A stretch of DNA of 64,000 nt from an uncultured Acidobacteriota bacterium (GCA_963713825.1 CAVQNG010000003.1:256001-320000), one strand, 5' to 3'; positions 29,232 through 39,757 are shown, numbered from the stretch's first letter. Notes: a model not told the origin generated them from the letters alone. Made by a program: numbers and translations.

Positions 29232-30706
29232 AGCGCGCTATCGCGCGCTGGCAGCGTCACGGAGAACGTCGTGCCCTGGCCGAGCTGGCTCGCGACTTCG
29301 ATCGTGCCGCCGTGCAGCTCGACGATTCTCTTGGTTATAGCCAGGCCCAGGCCGGCGTGGTCACTCTCTACATCGCGCTGCTTGCGTCCGAAGAACCGGT
29401 CGAAGACATACGGCAGATCCTCTGGTGCAATCCCACAACCCGTGTCCCTGACCTCGACACTCACCCATAGGGGAGATTCGCGAAGACCCAAAGTCACCTG
29501 GCCTCCGCCCGATGTGAACCTCAATCCATTATCGAGCAGGTTGTCGAGCACGCGGGCCAGCAGGCTGATGTCCCCCTCGACCGTTGCGGGGCCGCCGGGC
29601 ACCTCGACCTGTAGATCGATGCCGCGTTCATCGGCCTGGAGACGGAACTGCTGGACCGCGTCCTGCGCGAGCTCAGCGAGCGCCAAGGTCTCTACTTCCA
29701 TCTCCTGGGTTCCAGACTCCAGGCGTGCCAGCTCGAACAGATCGGCCACCAGCCGGCTGAGACGATCGGTCTGCCGGATCGCACCCTCGAGATAGGTGCG
29801 TCGCTCCTCTGGGCTCAAAGAGGACTGCTTGAGAGCCATGGTCTCCAGAAAGCCTCTCAGCGAGGTGAGTGGAGTTCTCAGGTCGTGCGAGATGTTCGCC
29901 ACCAACTCGCGGCGCAGCTGATCGGTCTTCTCGAGCTCATCGAGCTGAGCCACCAGACGAGCCGCCATGGCATCGAACGTCCGCGAGAGTCGGTCGATCT
30001 CGTCCCTCTCCTTGCCGTCACCTTCGACGAGAGGCCGATGCTCGCGGAATCCACTGTCGCGGAACTCACCCATCGCCCGCTCCAAGTGCCGAGCCCGACG
30101 CGTGATCCAGGCGAAGACCAACAAACCGATCAGGAGGGCTACCAGGAGGCCCATGGCGATCGCGCCAGCCGAGAGGCGCAGAATGTAACTGCCTTGCAGC
30201 ATGGCCACTGCGGAATCCCATTGCTGACCCGCCAGCACCACATACAAGTAGCCATCCGTCTCCGTCGCGGAGCCAATGGGCGCCACGGAGAAGACCTTGC
30301 TGCCCGTTTCGTCTCGGGGATCGTCACCGAGAATCGGCAATCGGGAGTCGGCTTCCAGAAACCGATGAACAGGGCCAAGGTCCACATCGTCTCGAACCAC
30401 GATCCCCTTCGGTGCCGAGTACGCCAGGATTTCTCCCTGGGGATCCAACAGATACACCTCGATACTCGGGTTGATGACCATCAGGACGTGGAAGATGTGC
30501 TCGAGCTCTTCTTCGCGAATCTCGCCGTTCTCCATGGGCAGGGAGTCGGCCACCAGATGCTCGGCCAGGTCGCGGTTGAGCTTCTGGTGGACCTCGTCGA
30601 GGAAGTGACGCACCGAGGCCAAACCCGCCACGAAGAAGAGCCCGCCCACCAGGATGAGAATCACCAGCAGGGCCGCGGCCAACCGACCGTATAGAGTTCT
30701 CATCAT
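29228..30706 (-). CDS. HAMP-domain sensor histidine kinase
   Basis: Two TMs, H-box ANISHDLRTPL, N-box NLLDNGLRF, DTGCGI, GLGLAI. Confidence 0.95.
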   Translation of the reverse strand: MMRTLYGRLAAALLVILILVGGLFFVAGLASVRHFLDEVHQKLNRDLAEHLVADSLPMENGEIREEELEHIFHVLMVINPSIEVYLLDPQGEILAYSAPKGIVVRDDVDLGPVHRFLEADSRLPILGDDPRDETGSKVFSVAPIGSATETDGYLYVVLAGQQWDSAVAMLQGSYILRLSAGAIAMGLLVALLIGLLVFAWITRRARHLERAMGEFRDSGFREHRPLVEGDGKERDEIDRLSRTFDAMAARLVAQLDELEKTDQLRRELVANISHDLRTPLTSLRGFLETMALKQSSLSPEERRTYLEGAIRQTDRLSRLVADLFELARLESGTQEMEVETLALAELAQDAVQQFRLQADERGIDLQVEVPGGPATVEGDISLLARVLDNLLDNGLRFTSGGGQVTLGLRESPLWVSVEVRDTGCGIAPEDLPYVFDRFFGRKQRDVESDHAGLGLAITKRIVELHGGTIEVASQLGQGTTFSVTLPARDSAL

Positions 30707-31424
30707 TCTCGGGGTCCCTCGTCCGGCTCCGAGAAGCGATAGCCGATGCCCCACACCGTGAGGATGTAGCGGGGCTGTGCCGGGTCCAGCTCGATTTTGG
30801 AGCGCAGTCGATTGATGTGCGAGTTGACCGTGTGCTCGTAGCCCTCGTGTCCGTAGCCCCAGACCTGATCCAGAAGCTGGGCTCGGGTAAAGACCCGCCC
30901 TGGGTAGCGCGCAAAGTGGAGCAGAAGGTCGAACTCCTTGGCCGTCAGCTGAACTGCCTCGCCCCGGACCTCGACACTCCGCTTGTCGGGCTCGATTGCA
31001 ATGTCGCGCTAGTCGGAGTCGGCGCTTTTTCGGCCAGGGCTTCCTGTGAACCCATCGCCTCCATTCTGCGAAACAGCGCTTTCACCCTCGCCACGAGCTC
31101 CAAGACACTGAAGGGCTTGGTCAGATAGTCGTCGGCACCGAGCTCGAGTCCCAGAACTCGGTCGAATTCGGACGTCCGGGCGGTCAACATGAGAATCGGT
31201 GTGTAGTCGGAGTGGGAGCGAACCCGTCGGCAGATCTCCAAGCCGTCGATCCCGGGGAGCATCAGATCGAGGATGATGAGGTCGTGCTCACCGTCCTGGG
31301 CTCGCTCGAGACCGGCCTTGCCGTCCGCAACGGTCTCGACTTCGCAGTCGATGTCCTTCAGATGGAGTGCGACCAGGTGAGCGATGTCCTGGTCGTCCTC
31401 GACGATGAGCACACTCTTCCGCAT
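30703..31424 (-). CDS. OmpR-family response regulator; frameshift near 31010
   Basis: Receiver LIVEDD...ILDLMLPG...DDYLTKPF; the wHTH continues in another frame (LTAKEFDLL...HTVNSHINRLRSKIE...ILTVWGIGYRF), stop at 30703. Confidence 0.92.
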
Positions 31425-31450
31425 GGCCGCCGACAATCATAACCAGCAAC

Positions 31451-31468
31451 CTTCACGGAAGTATCACG
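31451..31468 (-). promoter_or_regulatory. TCAC-N7-TCAC direct repeat upstream of the response regulator
   Basis: TCACGGAAGTATCAC nearly matches TCTCGGAAGTTTCAC at 29206-29220. Confidence 0.6.
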
Positions 31469-31688
31469 CCAGACTACTGGACGCTGCACTCCTCGCTCAT
31501 GAGCCGGGACTCCTCGGAGTCGGTCGAGCCACGAAGTACGGTCGGGTTGAGAGTCCGTGAAACTTCATCGCGCTCTCAGAGATCTTGACCTCGGGCGGTC
31601 GATACCTCGGCAGAATTCGGGCCCGAAGCTGGCGCCCTGTAGAATGGCCTCAGGATCTCGGCCAGATCGATTGAAAAGGGACCGACTC

Positions 31689-34577
31689 TTGATCGGCGAA
31701 ACCCTCGCTCACTACAAAGTCACTGAGAAGCTCGGGGCGGGCGGAATGGGAGAGGTGTACCGGGCGCGCGATCTCACGCTCGACCGCGATGTGGCCCTCA
31801 AAGTGCTCCCACAGGGTCTGTCCTCTGATCCCGAGCGCCTCGATCGTTTCGAGCGCGAGGCGAAAGCCGTCGCAGCCCTCAACCATCCGAATATCGTCAC
31901 CCTGTTTTCCGTCGAGAAGGCCGACGGTGTCCCATTTCTCACCATGGAGCTGGTGGAGGGTAAGCCACTGGACGAGGCGATTCCGGATGCTGGCCTGCCT
32001 ATGGAACAGTTCGCGGCGCTGGCTTTACAGCTCCTGGAGGGGGTCGCGGCAGCCCACAGACAAGGCATAGTCCACCGGGATCTCAAGCCTGGCAACATCA
32101 TGCTCACCGAGGACGGCCGCCTCAAGATCCTCGACTTCGGCCTCGCCAAGCTGCGAGGCCTCGACGATGATTCCGTCACCGACTCCGAGCTACCGACGGC
32201 GCTGCTGACAGAAGAAGGCCAGATTCTCGGTACCCCGGCCTACATGGCACCGGAGCAGGCGGAGGGCAAGGCGGTCGACACTCGGGCCGACGTCTTCGCT
32301 ATCGGGGCGGTTCTCTACGAGATGCTGACTGGGTCGCGGCCGTTTGTCGGTGAGTCAAGGGCGTCCGTCCAGGCCGCGATCCTGACCGCAGACCCGAGCC
32401 CGCCTCGCGAGCTTCGCCACGAGATACCCAAGGGTCTGGATGCCGTGGTCCTACGGTGCCTCGAGAAGGACCCTCAAGCTCGTTTCGCTACGACCGAAGA
32501 CCTCCTGTCAGAGCTCCAAGTCGCGACTGGAGCTTTTACTGCCGAGGGAATCCTAGCCTCAAGATCACGATCCAAGATCCACCCCTGGCTATGGGCAATC
32601 CCACTGCTTCTGCTCCTCGGTGCAGCTGTCTGGCTTTGGGTCCGGAACTCACGACTCGAGGAGGCTCGACAGGTGACACTGCCCGAAATCGAGCGGCTAC
32701 TCGACGAGGGTCGGTGGGTCGAAGGCTTCCTGCTGGCGAAGGAAGCCGAGAGCTTGCTCCCTGAAGATCCGGCCCTGCAGGAGTTGATGGCACGGGCAAG
32801 CACAACGATTCGGCTGAGCTCGGAACCTCCGGGTGCGGGAGTCTCCTACAGGGACTATGTGGACGAGTCGACAGCATGGCAAACGCTGGGTCTGACACCG
32901 ATCGACAAGGCAACGGTACCGGCTGCCAACGTCCTGCTCTGGAAAATAGCAAAGGAAGGCTATGAGACGCTCGAAACGGGAACCTCACCCATATGGGGCG
33001 ACCTCGCATTCGAGATTGTACCCTCGGGCGAATCTCCAGCGGGCATGCTTCGGGTGCCGGCTGGACACTACCGGTTCCGCAATGAGGAACCAGTGGAAGT
33101 CCCCGGCTTCTGGATGGATCAGTACGAGGTCACCAACCGTCAGTTCAAGATGTTCGTCGATGCTGGAGGCTACGAAGATCCAGTCTTCTGGCAGCACGAG
33201 TTCGAGGACGAAGACGAGACTCTCACTTGGGAAGAAGCCATGGCTCGGTTCGTCGACTCGACCGGACGACCCGGACCCGCCACCTGGTCACTCGGCACCT
33301 TCCCGGAGGGCCAGGACGACCTCCCCGTCGGTGGCGTGAGCTGGTACGAGGCGGCAGCCTATGCCGAGTTCTCCGGCAAGAGCCTTCCGACCGTCTATCA
33401 CTGGCGTTCTGCAGCACCCTGGACACCCTTTGGCGACATGCTGCTCCAGAGCAACTTCGGAGGCAACGGTCCCGTGGAAGTCGGAAGCCTACGAGGCATC
33501 GGCCGCTACGGTCACATCGACATGGCTGGCAACGTCACCGAATGGTGCTGGAATCGGGCCGAGGACGGTCGCTATCTCCTGGGTGGATCGTGGGAAGAGC
33601 CCAGCTACACCTACTCGCACAACTTCGCCCGCTCACCCCTCGAGCGACAGCCCGATATGGGCTTTCGGTGTGCCAAGTATCCCACTCCGCCGAGCGCCGA
33701 GCTTACGGACCCGGTGGGTGCCGAACGCCACGACTTCAGAATGAACGAACCTGTGTCCGATGAGGTCTTCGCCATCTATCGTGGCCTCTTCGACTACGAG
33801 CCGTTGGATCTGGACGCACGGATCGAGTCGATCGACGACTCCAGCCAATACTGGAGCCAAGAGACTGTCAGCTTCACCGCCGCCTACGGCACAGACCGTG
33901 TCCTGGCCCACATTTTCCTGCCGCATGACGCTTCACCCCCATACCAGACTGTGGTCTACGTGCCTGGCTCTGGAGCCAACGCTGTCACCTCGATCGAGGC
34001 CATGCGATCTGACCCGGCCTTCTTCGTACCCCGCAGCGGTAGAGCTCTCGTATGGCCGGTTTACGAGGGCACCCTGGAGAGAGGTGGCGGCAGTAGCAGG
34101 CCCAGTGGCAGCCGCGGCCAAAGGGATCTCGTCATCCACAAGGTCAACGATCTCCAGCGTACCGTCGACTATCTGGAGACCCGGGACGATATCGTCAGCG
34201 ACCAGTTGGTCTACATGGGCCTGAGCGCAGGAAGCGAGTATGGGGCAATCTACCTGGCAATCGAGCCACGGTTCAAGGCCGCTGCACTGATTGCCGGTGG
34301 CTTCGACGATCTCCATATGTTGGACGAGGCCGCCGAAATAAACCCATGGAACTACGCCCCGCGGGTGAGTACGCCGACTCTGATGGTCAACGGGGAGAGC
34401 GACTATGGACTGCCGGTCGAGACCGCGCAAAAGCCCATGTTCGAATTGCTCAGCGTGCCACCGGAATCCAAGAAGCACGTGCTACTGGAAGGTGGGCACC
34501 TGCCCTATGATCTCAACGCGGTGATGCGGGAGATCCTCGATTGGTACGACCTCTACCAGGGACCGGTTCGGCGATAA
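31689..34577 (+). CDS. Ser/Thr protein kinase - TM - FGE-sulfatase (SUMF1-like) - alpha/beta hydrolase fusion
   Basis: LGAGGMGEVY, HRDLKPGN, DFGLAK; TM WLWAIPLLLLLGAAVWLW; YEVTNRQF, VSWYEAAAYA, DMAGNVTEW, GFRC; GLSAG, NGESD, GGH. TTG start inferred from the paralog MIGTTLAHY. Confidence 0.9.
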   Translation: MIGETLAHYKVTEKLGAGGMGEVYRARDLTLDRDVALKVLPQGLSSDPERLDRFEREAKAVAALNHPNIVTLFSVEKADGVPFLTMELVEGKPLDEAIPDAGLPMEQFAALALQLLEGVAAAHRQGIVHRDLKPGNIMLTEDGRLKILDFGLAKLRGLDDDSVTDSELPTALLTEEGQILGTPAYMAPEQAEGKAVDTRADVFAIGAVLYEMLTGSRPFVGESRASVQAAILTADPSPPRELRHEIPKGLDAVVLRCLEKDPQARFATTEDLLSELQVATGAFTAEGILASRSRSKIHPWLWAIPLLLLLGAAVWLWVRNSRLEEARQVTLPEIERLLDEGRWVEGFLLAKEAESLLPEDPALQELMARASTTIRLSSEPPGAGVSYRDYVDESTAWQTLGLTPIDKATVPAANVLLWKIAKEGYETLETGTSPIWGDLAFEIVPSGESPAGMLRVPAGHYRFRNEEPVEVPGFWMDQYEVTNRQFKMFVDAGGYEDPVFWQHEFEDEDETLTWEEAMARFVDSTGRPGPATWSLGTFPEGQDDLPVGGVSWYEAAAYAEFSGKSLPTVYHWRSAAPWTPFGDMLLQSNFGGNGPVEVGSLRGIGRYGHIDMAGNVTEWCWNRAEDGRYLLGGSWEEPSYTYSHNFARSPLERQPDMGFRCAKYPTPPSAELTDPVGAERHDFRMNEPVSDEVFAIYRGLFDYEPLDLDARIESIDDSSQYWSQETVSFTAAYGTDRVLAHIFLPHDASPPYQTVVYVPGSGANAVTSIEAMRSDPAFFVPRSGRALVWPVYEGTLERGGGSSRPSGSRGQRDLVIHKVNDLQRTVDYLETRDDIVSDQLVYMGLSAGSEYGAIYLAIEPRFKAAALIAGGFDDLHMLDEAAEINPWNYAPRVSTPTLMVNGESDYGLPVETAQKPMFELLSVPPESKKHVLLEGGHLPYDLNAVMREILDWYDLYQGPVRR

Positions 34578-34773
34578 CACCGATTTCAACGGCCTGCGGG
34601 TCGGGCACTACACCCTGAAGCAGGGATCGAGATTCAACACCGGGATCACCGCTGTTCTGTTTGACGATGGAAACCACTTCCACGAGATAGGTGGTCAGGA
34701 TCTGCCACGGCTCAGCCCGAAGAGGTACCGTGAACGGTGAGGGGAGAATCTGCGTTGAGCTCGGTACTGTATT

Positions 34774-34941
34774 TCAGCCTGGCGACACGACGTTCAGGCC
34801 CAGATTGCTGGCGGCCTTCTCGAGTCGACGGTCGTAGACGACGAAGGCATCGAGATGCTCCCGCACTGACATCACCGCAGTCAGGTAGATTGCATCCAGA
34901 GAACTGAAATCGGTTGGTCGGAGCTGAGCCGACCTCCTCAA
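34774..34941 (-). pseudogene. Remnant of a PIN-domain (VapC) toxin C-terminus
   Basis: LRRSAQLRPTDFSSLDAIYLTAVMSVREHLDAFVVYDRRLEKAASNLGLNVVSPG resembles the PIN pattern LRSLDAIHLA...FVTYDRRL..AA..LGL.V.SPG; N-terminal half and start are missing. Confidence 0.7.
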
Positions 34942-35358
34942 TCCTGATCTGGAAGCCAGACCTCGTGAACGTGGAGCCATTCGACGCCGTTGGGCGTGTT
35001 CTCGCTCCGCCGGAAGAGGGCGGTGCTGAGTCGGCCGCGGGACTCGCCTTCGATCTCCTGCCACTCTTCGTAGAGCACCAGGATCTGGTCACCGACCTGA
35101 TGTCGAACCTGCAGATTCTCGATCCAGATTCTGCCCGGTCGACTCATCTCGCGCCCAGATCCCGTGTGCGGCCCGCAATCGCTCCAGAAGCTCGTCTCTC
35201 TCGGTCAGCTCTCCGTTGGGGCTGATGATCACGAAGCCCTCGGCCATCACCGAGCTGAATCGATCGAAGGCCTCTTCTGTTGGTGGCAGCACGGCATTGA
35301 ACCAATCCTGAAAGAACTGGTGCAGCTGCACCACCTCGTTGCTGCAACGTTGCTCCAT
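34938..35358 (-). CDS. DUF4440/NTF2-like protein; frameshift near 35150
   Basis: EVVQLHQFFQDWF...FVIISPNG, then YEEWQ...RLSTALF...WLHVHEVW in another frame. Confidence 0.75.
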
Positions 35359-35501
35359 GATCGAGCCTCCCGTCGCTGGGACAGCTTCCTGTGATTGCGT
35401 AGTCAGGGCCATGGAGGGGACGATCCCACAGGCTACCAAAGACAGACAGGCAATCGGCCAGTAGCAATGTCTTGCTTCTCTCATGGATCGCAGTCTAGTT
35501 C

Positions 35502-35543
35502 AAAAAAACAAGAGAAGGTGCCAGGATTCCCCGGCACCTTCTC
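35502..35543 (-). terminator. Intrinsic terminator after the DUF4136 gene
   Basis: GAGAAGGTGCC...GGCACCTTCTC 11-bp stem with a T-run on the minus strand. Confidence 0.8.
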
Positions 35544-35582
35544 AAAGTACTTCAGCGGATCTAAAGCCCTAGAGCCTGAACG

Positions 35583-36167
35583 CTATCGACCCTCGTTCTT
35601 GAGAATCTTGTCCCACTTGGTGCCCATCTTCTTGAAGACGTTGTCGATCTGCTTGTCGATCTTCTCCGGCTTTTCCTTGAGCGTCACAGTTCCGGTGCCT
35701 CGCCAGATCAGTTGCTTGTCGCCTGCTTCGTAGGCATCGAGGATCAGGGTACCGTCGGTGTAGGTCGTAGCCCGCGTGGTCGTGGTGCCCATGCCGCCGT
35801 AGTAGCCACCGTAGCCGCCGTAGCCGTAGCGCCCGTAGCCACCCCAGCCCGGACCCCAGCCACCGTAACCGTAGTTGTCGGTGGTGAAGACCGTATTGTC
35901 CTCGGTTGTAACGTGGAAAGTGACGTAGATGTCCCCACCGGAGTCGGCCTGCTTCAACCCGCCGGAAGTCAGGCTGGCGATCATCTTGTCCTTGATGCGA
36001 TTGTCGGCCAGATCGTTGCCGGTATTGGAGTCCGGAGTATCGACATAGGTAAACGTCTTGACCTGCTCGAAATCGAAGTCGTGAGCGTAGTCGATCGTGA
36101 TCTTCTGTGCGATCGAGGGTGCTGCGACAATCGCCAATGCGATCATCAGAATCATCATCTTCTTCAT
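35583..36167 (-). CDS. DUF4136 domain secreted protein
   Basis: Signal peptide, DYAHDFDF..VKTF, Gly/Tyr-rich loop, YTDGTLILD...LIWRG. Confidence 0.88.
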   Translation of the reverse strand: MKKMMILMIALAIVAAPSIAQKITIDYAHDFDFEQVKTFTYVDTPDSNTGNDLADNRIKDKMIASLTSGGLKQADSGGDIYVTFHVTTEDNTVFTTDNYGYGGWGPGWGGYGRYGYGGYGGYYGGMGTTTTRATTYTDGTLILDAYEAGDKQLIWRGTGTVTLKEKPEKIDKQIDNVFKKMGTKWDKILKNEGR

Positions 36168-36335
36168 ATACCTTCTCCTTTCGTTGAGGGATGGAACGAC
36201 TTGCCCTTCCACTCTAACCCCCTGTGTCTACGAAATCCAGGTCTTTCGGTTTCGTCCAAGGCTTCGAATCCGGTGCGTAGACAGGCCTGCGCTTGACCTG
36301 CTGCGCTCCAGAGGGGGAAACTGGAGCCGACAGAC

Positions 36336-36410
36336 AGCCTAGGGGTGGCCACTCGGCCTGAGATGAAACCCTCGAACCTGATCCGGGTCATACCGGCGAA
36401 GGGAACGGCG
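36336..36410 (+). ncRNA. TPP riboswitch (THI box)
   Basis: AGGGGTG...CTGAGA...ACCC.CGAACCTGATCCGGGTCATACCGGCGAAGGGAA fits the TPP aptamer core. Confidence 0.93.
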
Positions 36411-36485
36411 ACACCGACCCCACAACAGTGTCGATTGGATCTCGAGCTCGATCCGAGTCGGTCGGACCCCGAGGGGAGACCGGCC

Positions 36486-38639
36486 ATGGGATTGAACAGC
36501 ACCAGACACACGCTATGGCTCGTCCTGGCGGCGATGCTGGTACCCGTGCTCTCGTTCGGTGCGACTGCTCAGGATACGACCGAGACAAACGAAGAGAAGA
36601 ACGAGGAGTCGGAGTCGCCCGCAGCCGTCGAAGAGACGATCACGGTCATCGGAATTCGCGCCGGCGACGAGGTGCCGGTCACCAAGACCAATCTCGATCG
36701 GGAACAGATCGACACCCTCAACTATGGCCAGGATGTGCCCCAGCTTCTGCAGTACACCCCGGCGATGACGTGGTACTCGGATTCCGGGATCGGAACCAAC
36801 TATTCCTACTTCAGCATGCGTGGCATCCAGCAGACCCGCATCAACATGACCTTCGACGGCGCACCTCTCAACGACCCGGCCGAGCACGCGGTCTACTTCA
36901 ACAACTTCCACGACTTCACCAACACGGTCGACAGCATCCAGATCCAGCGCGGCGTCGGTACCTCGTCGGTCGGCTCGCCCTCCTACGGGGGATCAGTGAA
37001 CTTCGCCAGCTCCCAACCGGCTCAGGATCGGAGCGGCGACCTTCGCCTCGCCCTCGGCTCCTACGACACCAAGAGAGCATCGTTCGGCTACGAGTCCGGC
37101 GTCTTCGAGAACGGGTTCTCTGTCGGCGGCCGGTTCTCCTACGCCGACACCGATGGATACCGGGACAACTCCGGGACCAAGCACCAGACGGGCTTTCTCG
37201 ATGCGGGATGGCAAGGCGAGCGATCCTCGCTGAAACTGGTCTCGTTCTTCGGAGAGGTCGAAACACAACTGGCCTGGCTGGCGGTCGAGCCGGAGATCCT
37301 GCAAGTCGACCGGAGGTTCAATCCCCTCGATGAAGAGGAGCGCGACAACTTCCGCCAGAACTTCGCTCAGCTCAAGTACACCCGCGCGCTGCGCAACGAC
37401 ACTCTGCTGACAGCTTCCCTCTACTACAACGGAGCGGATGGCTGGTTCCGCCTGTGGGACGTTCCCGCGGTGAAGGCCAACCTGCTCCAGTTCGGCATCG
37501 ATCAGGCGTTCGTCGGCAGCATGGTCACGGCCAGCAAGAGCTTCGACCGTCTATCAGCCACGCTTGGCGTGCACTTCAACGACTTCCGAGGCGATCACAC
37601 TCTGGATATCCGACGGATACCGCATCTACGAGAACACAGGCTACAAGCAGACGGCCAACGCGTTCGGTAAGCTCGAATACCGCCTCGACGACTGGCTGCT
37701 GTTCGGCGACCTTCAGCTGCGATGGGCTGATTTCTCGTACAAGGGCGACATCGATCTCGGCTCGGTGGCCTGGACATTTCTGGACCCCAAGATCGGAGTG
37801 CGGCGCTTCGTCTCACCTCGGCTGAGCGTCTACGCCTCTCTCGGTCGGGCTCAACGTGAACCTGCACGACTGGATCTGCTGCTCGGCGAGGACAATGCCA
37901 CGGTGCCGCACGATCTGGAGGCCGTCCGCCCCGAGACGGTGCTCGACTTCGAAGCCGGGCTCGACCTCAACACGCCAGAGCTAGCGCTCACAGCCAATAT
38001 CTATGCAATGGAGTTCACCAATGAGATCGCCTTGACCGGCGAGCTTTCCGAAATCGGCCTGCCCATTCGTACCAACGTAGACGAATCGTATCGGCGGGGC
38101 CTCGAGGTCGACCTCAAATGGCAGGCTTCCGAGAGGTGGGCCCTCCTCCACAGCTCCAATCTGAGCCGCAACCGGATTCGCGAGTGGACCCAGTTCTACG
38201 ACGTCTACGACGAGCAGGGTTCCTGGATCGCCAGTGAGCCGATCACCTACAGGGACGTGCCACCCTTGCTGACCCCAGAGGTCATCGCCAACCTGGGCGT
38301 CGAATGGACTCGCTCGGGGGCGAGCGTAGCCCTGATGGGCCGCTATGTGGACGACGCCCAACTCGACAACACCGGTCTCGAAGAATTCCGCCTACCCTCC
38401 TACACCAATCGTCGACCTTCGCGCCTCGGTGAATCTCGGTCGATGGTGGGCCTCCGCCAACCCGCGACTCACCCTCTTCATCAACAATCTCTTCGACAGT
38501 GAAGACCCGTACCCGAGCGGCTACAGCTACCAGTTCATCAACCAGGACAGCAGTGGCCAGCAGACCCTCGACGGCAATCCCGTTCTACTATCCGTTGGCC
38601 ACCCGCAACGCGGTCCTGACGCTGGAGCTGGACCTTTGA
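36486..38639 (+). CDS. TonB-dependent receptor, probably for thiamine; frameshifts near 37610, 38410 and 38580
   Basis: Signal peptide, TonB box EETITV, plug GQDVPQLL..TP, MRGIQQTRIN, IQIQRGVGTS; barrel continues across frames to YYPLATRNAVLTLELDL. Confidence 0.88.
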
Positions 38640-38652
38640 CCTCCAGCCACCC

Positions 38653-39244
38653 ATGATCTCTCTCGAGCTCGTTGCGGTCGTCCTTACCCTGCTCGCCGTT
38701 GTCCTCACGGCGCGACAGGTCATCTGGTGCTGGCCGCTGGCCATGGTCAGCGTCACCCTGTACGCCGTGGTCTTCTTCCAGGCCAAGCTCTATGCGGACA
38801 TGGGGCTGCAGGCCCTCTACTTCGGGCTCGCGATCTACGGTTGGTGGGCCTGGCTTCACGGCGGTGGGGATCATGGGGAGCTCCACGTGACCCTGGCGTC
38901 GACCAAGATGAGGGTGGTTCTGGCTGTAATCGGAGCGGTGGCCGGCGATTCTGCTCGGGCAGACCCTGAGCCGTCTCACCGATGCCTCGCTGCCGTTCAT
39001 GGATTCGGCCCTGACCGCCTTCAGCATCGTCGGGCAGTGGATGCAGACTCGCAAACTGCTCGAAGCCTGGTTGGTCTGGCTCGCGGTCGATGTCTTCTAC
39101 GTCGGCATGTTCCTCTACAAGGGCCTCTACCTGACCGCCGGCCTCTACGCGGTCTTCCTGGTTCTGGCGGTCATGGGGTATCTGAGCTGGCGTCGGTCTA
39201 TGGACGACGGTCGGCTACAGCCGGCCACCCTGGAGAGCCAATGA
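38653..39244 (+). CDS. pnuC: PnuC-family vitamin transporter (PnuT-like by context); frameshift near 38950
   Basis: WCWPL, LYADMGLQ..YF...IYGWWAW; DSALTAFSIVGQWMQTRKLLEAWLVWLAVD. Confidence 0.88.
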
Positions 39245-39757
39245 TCCGCGTGGTCGTAACTGGCTCGGAGTGCACGGGCAAGACCACCCTCGCCATGGAG
39301 CTCGCCGAGCACTACGGCACGGTCTGGGTGCCCGAGTTTGTTCGGCAGTTTGTCGAGGCAAAGGGATCCGCCCCGGAGTACGCAGACGTCGAGGCGATTG
39401 CCCGAGGTCAGATAGCGCTCGAAGACCGAATGACCGCGAAGGCCGCCGAGGTGCTGATCCAGGACACGGATCTGCTCAGCACTGTGGTCTACAGTCAGCA
39501 CTACTACGGGGATTGTCCGAGGTGGATCGAGGAAGAGCTTCGCGCACGAGCTGGAGATCTCTATCTGCTAGCCTGCATCGACGTGCCATGGTCCCGGACG
39601 GCGACCAACGCGATCGCGGCAACCGGCGCGAAGAGATGCACGGTCTCTTCCGTGCCGCCCTCGAGTATCGCGGCTTCGAACTTCGTGGAGCTCCACGGAT
39701 TCTCCTCGCGAACGGTTGAGCATGGCACTATCACAGATCACAGAGGCTGCTCGCTGA
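39241..39757 (+). CDS. NadR-type (AAA_28) kinase domain protein; frameshifts in the 3' third, end approximate
   Basis: VVVTGSECTGKTTLA, VWVPEFVR, IARGQ, DTDLLST, DLYLL..IDVPW(V)PDGDQRD; ATGA overlap with pnuC. Confidence 0.82.

Noticed and set aside
33040-33680. FGE-sulfatase/CLec domain as a diversity-generating retroelement target
   Set aside because: No reverse transcriptase and no template-repeat copy seen in the window.
35780-35880. GTAGCC-type tandem repeats
   Set aside because: They encode the Gly/Tyr-rich loop normal for DUF4136 proteins.
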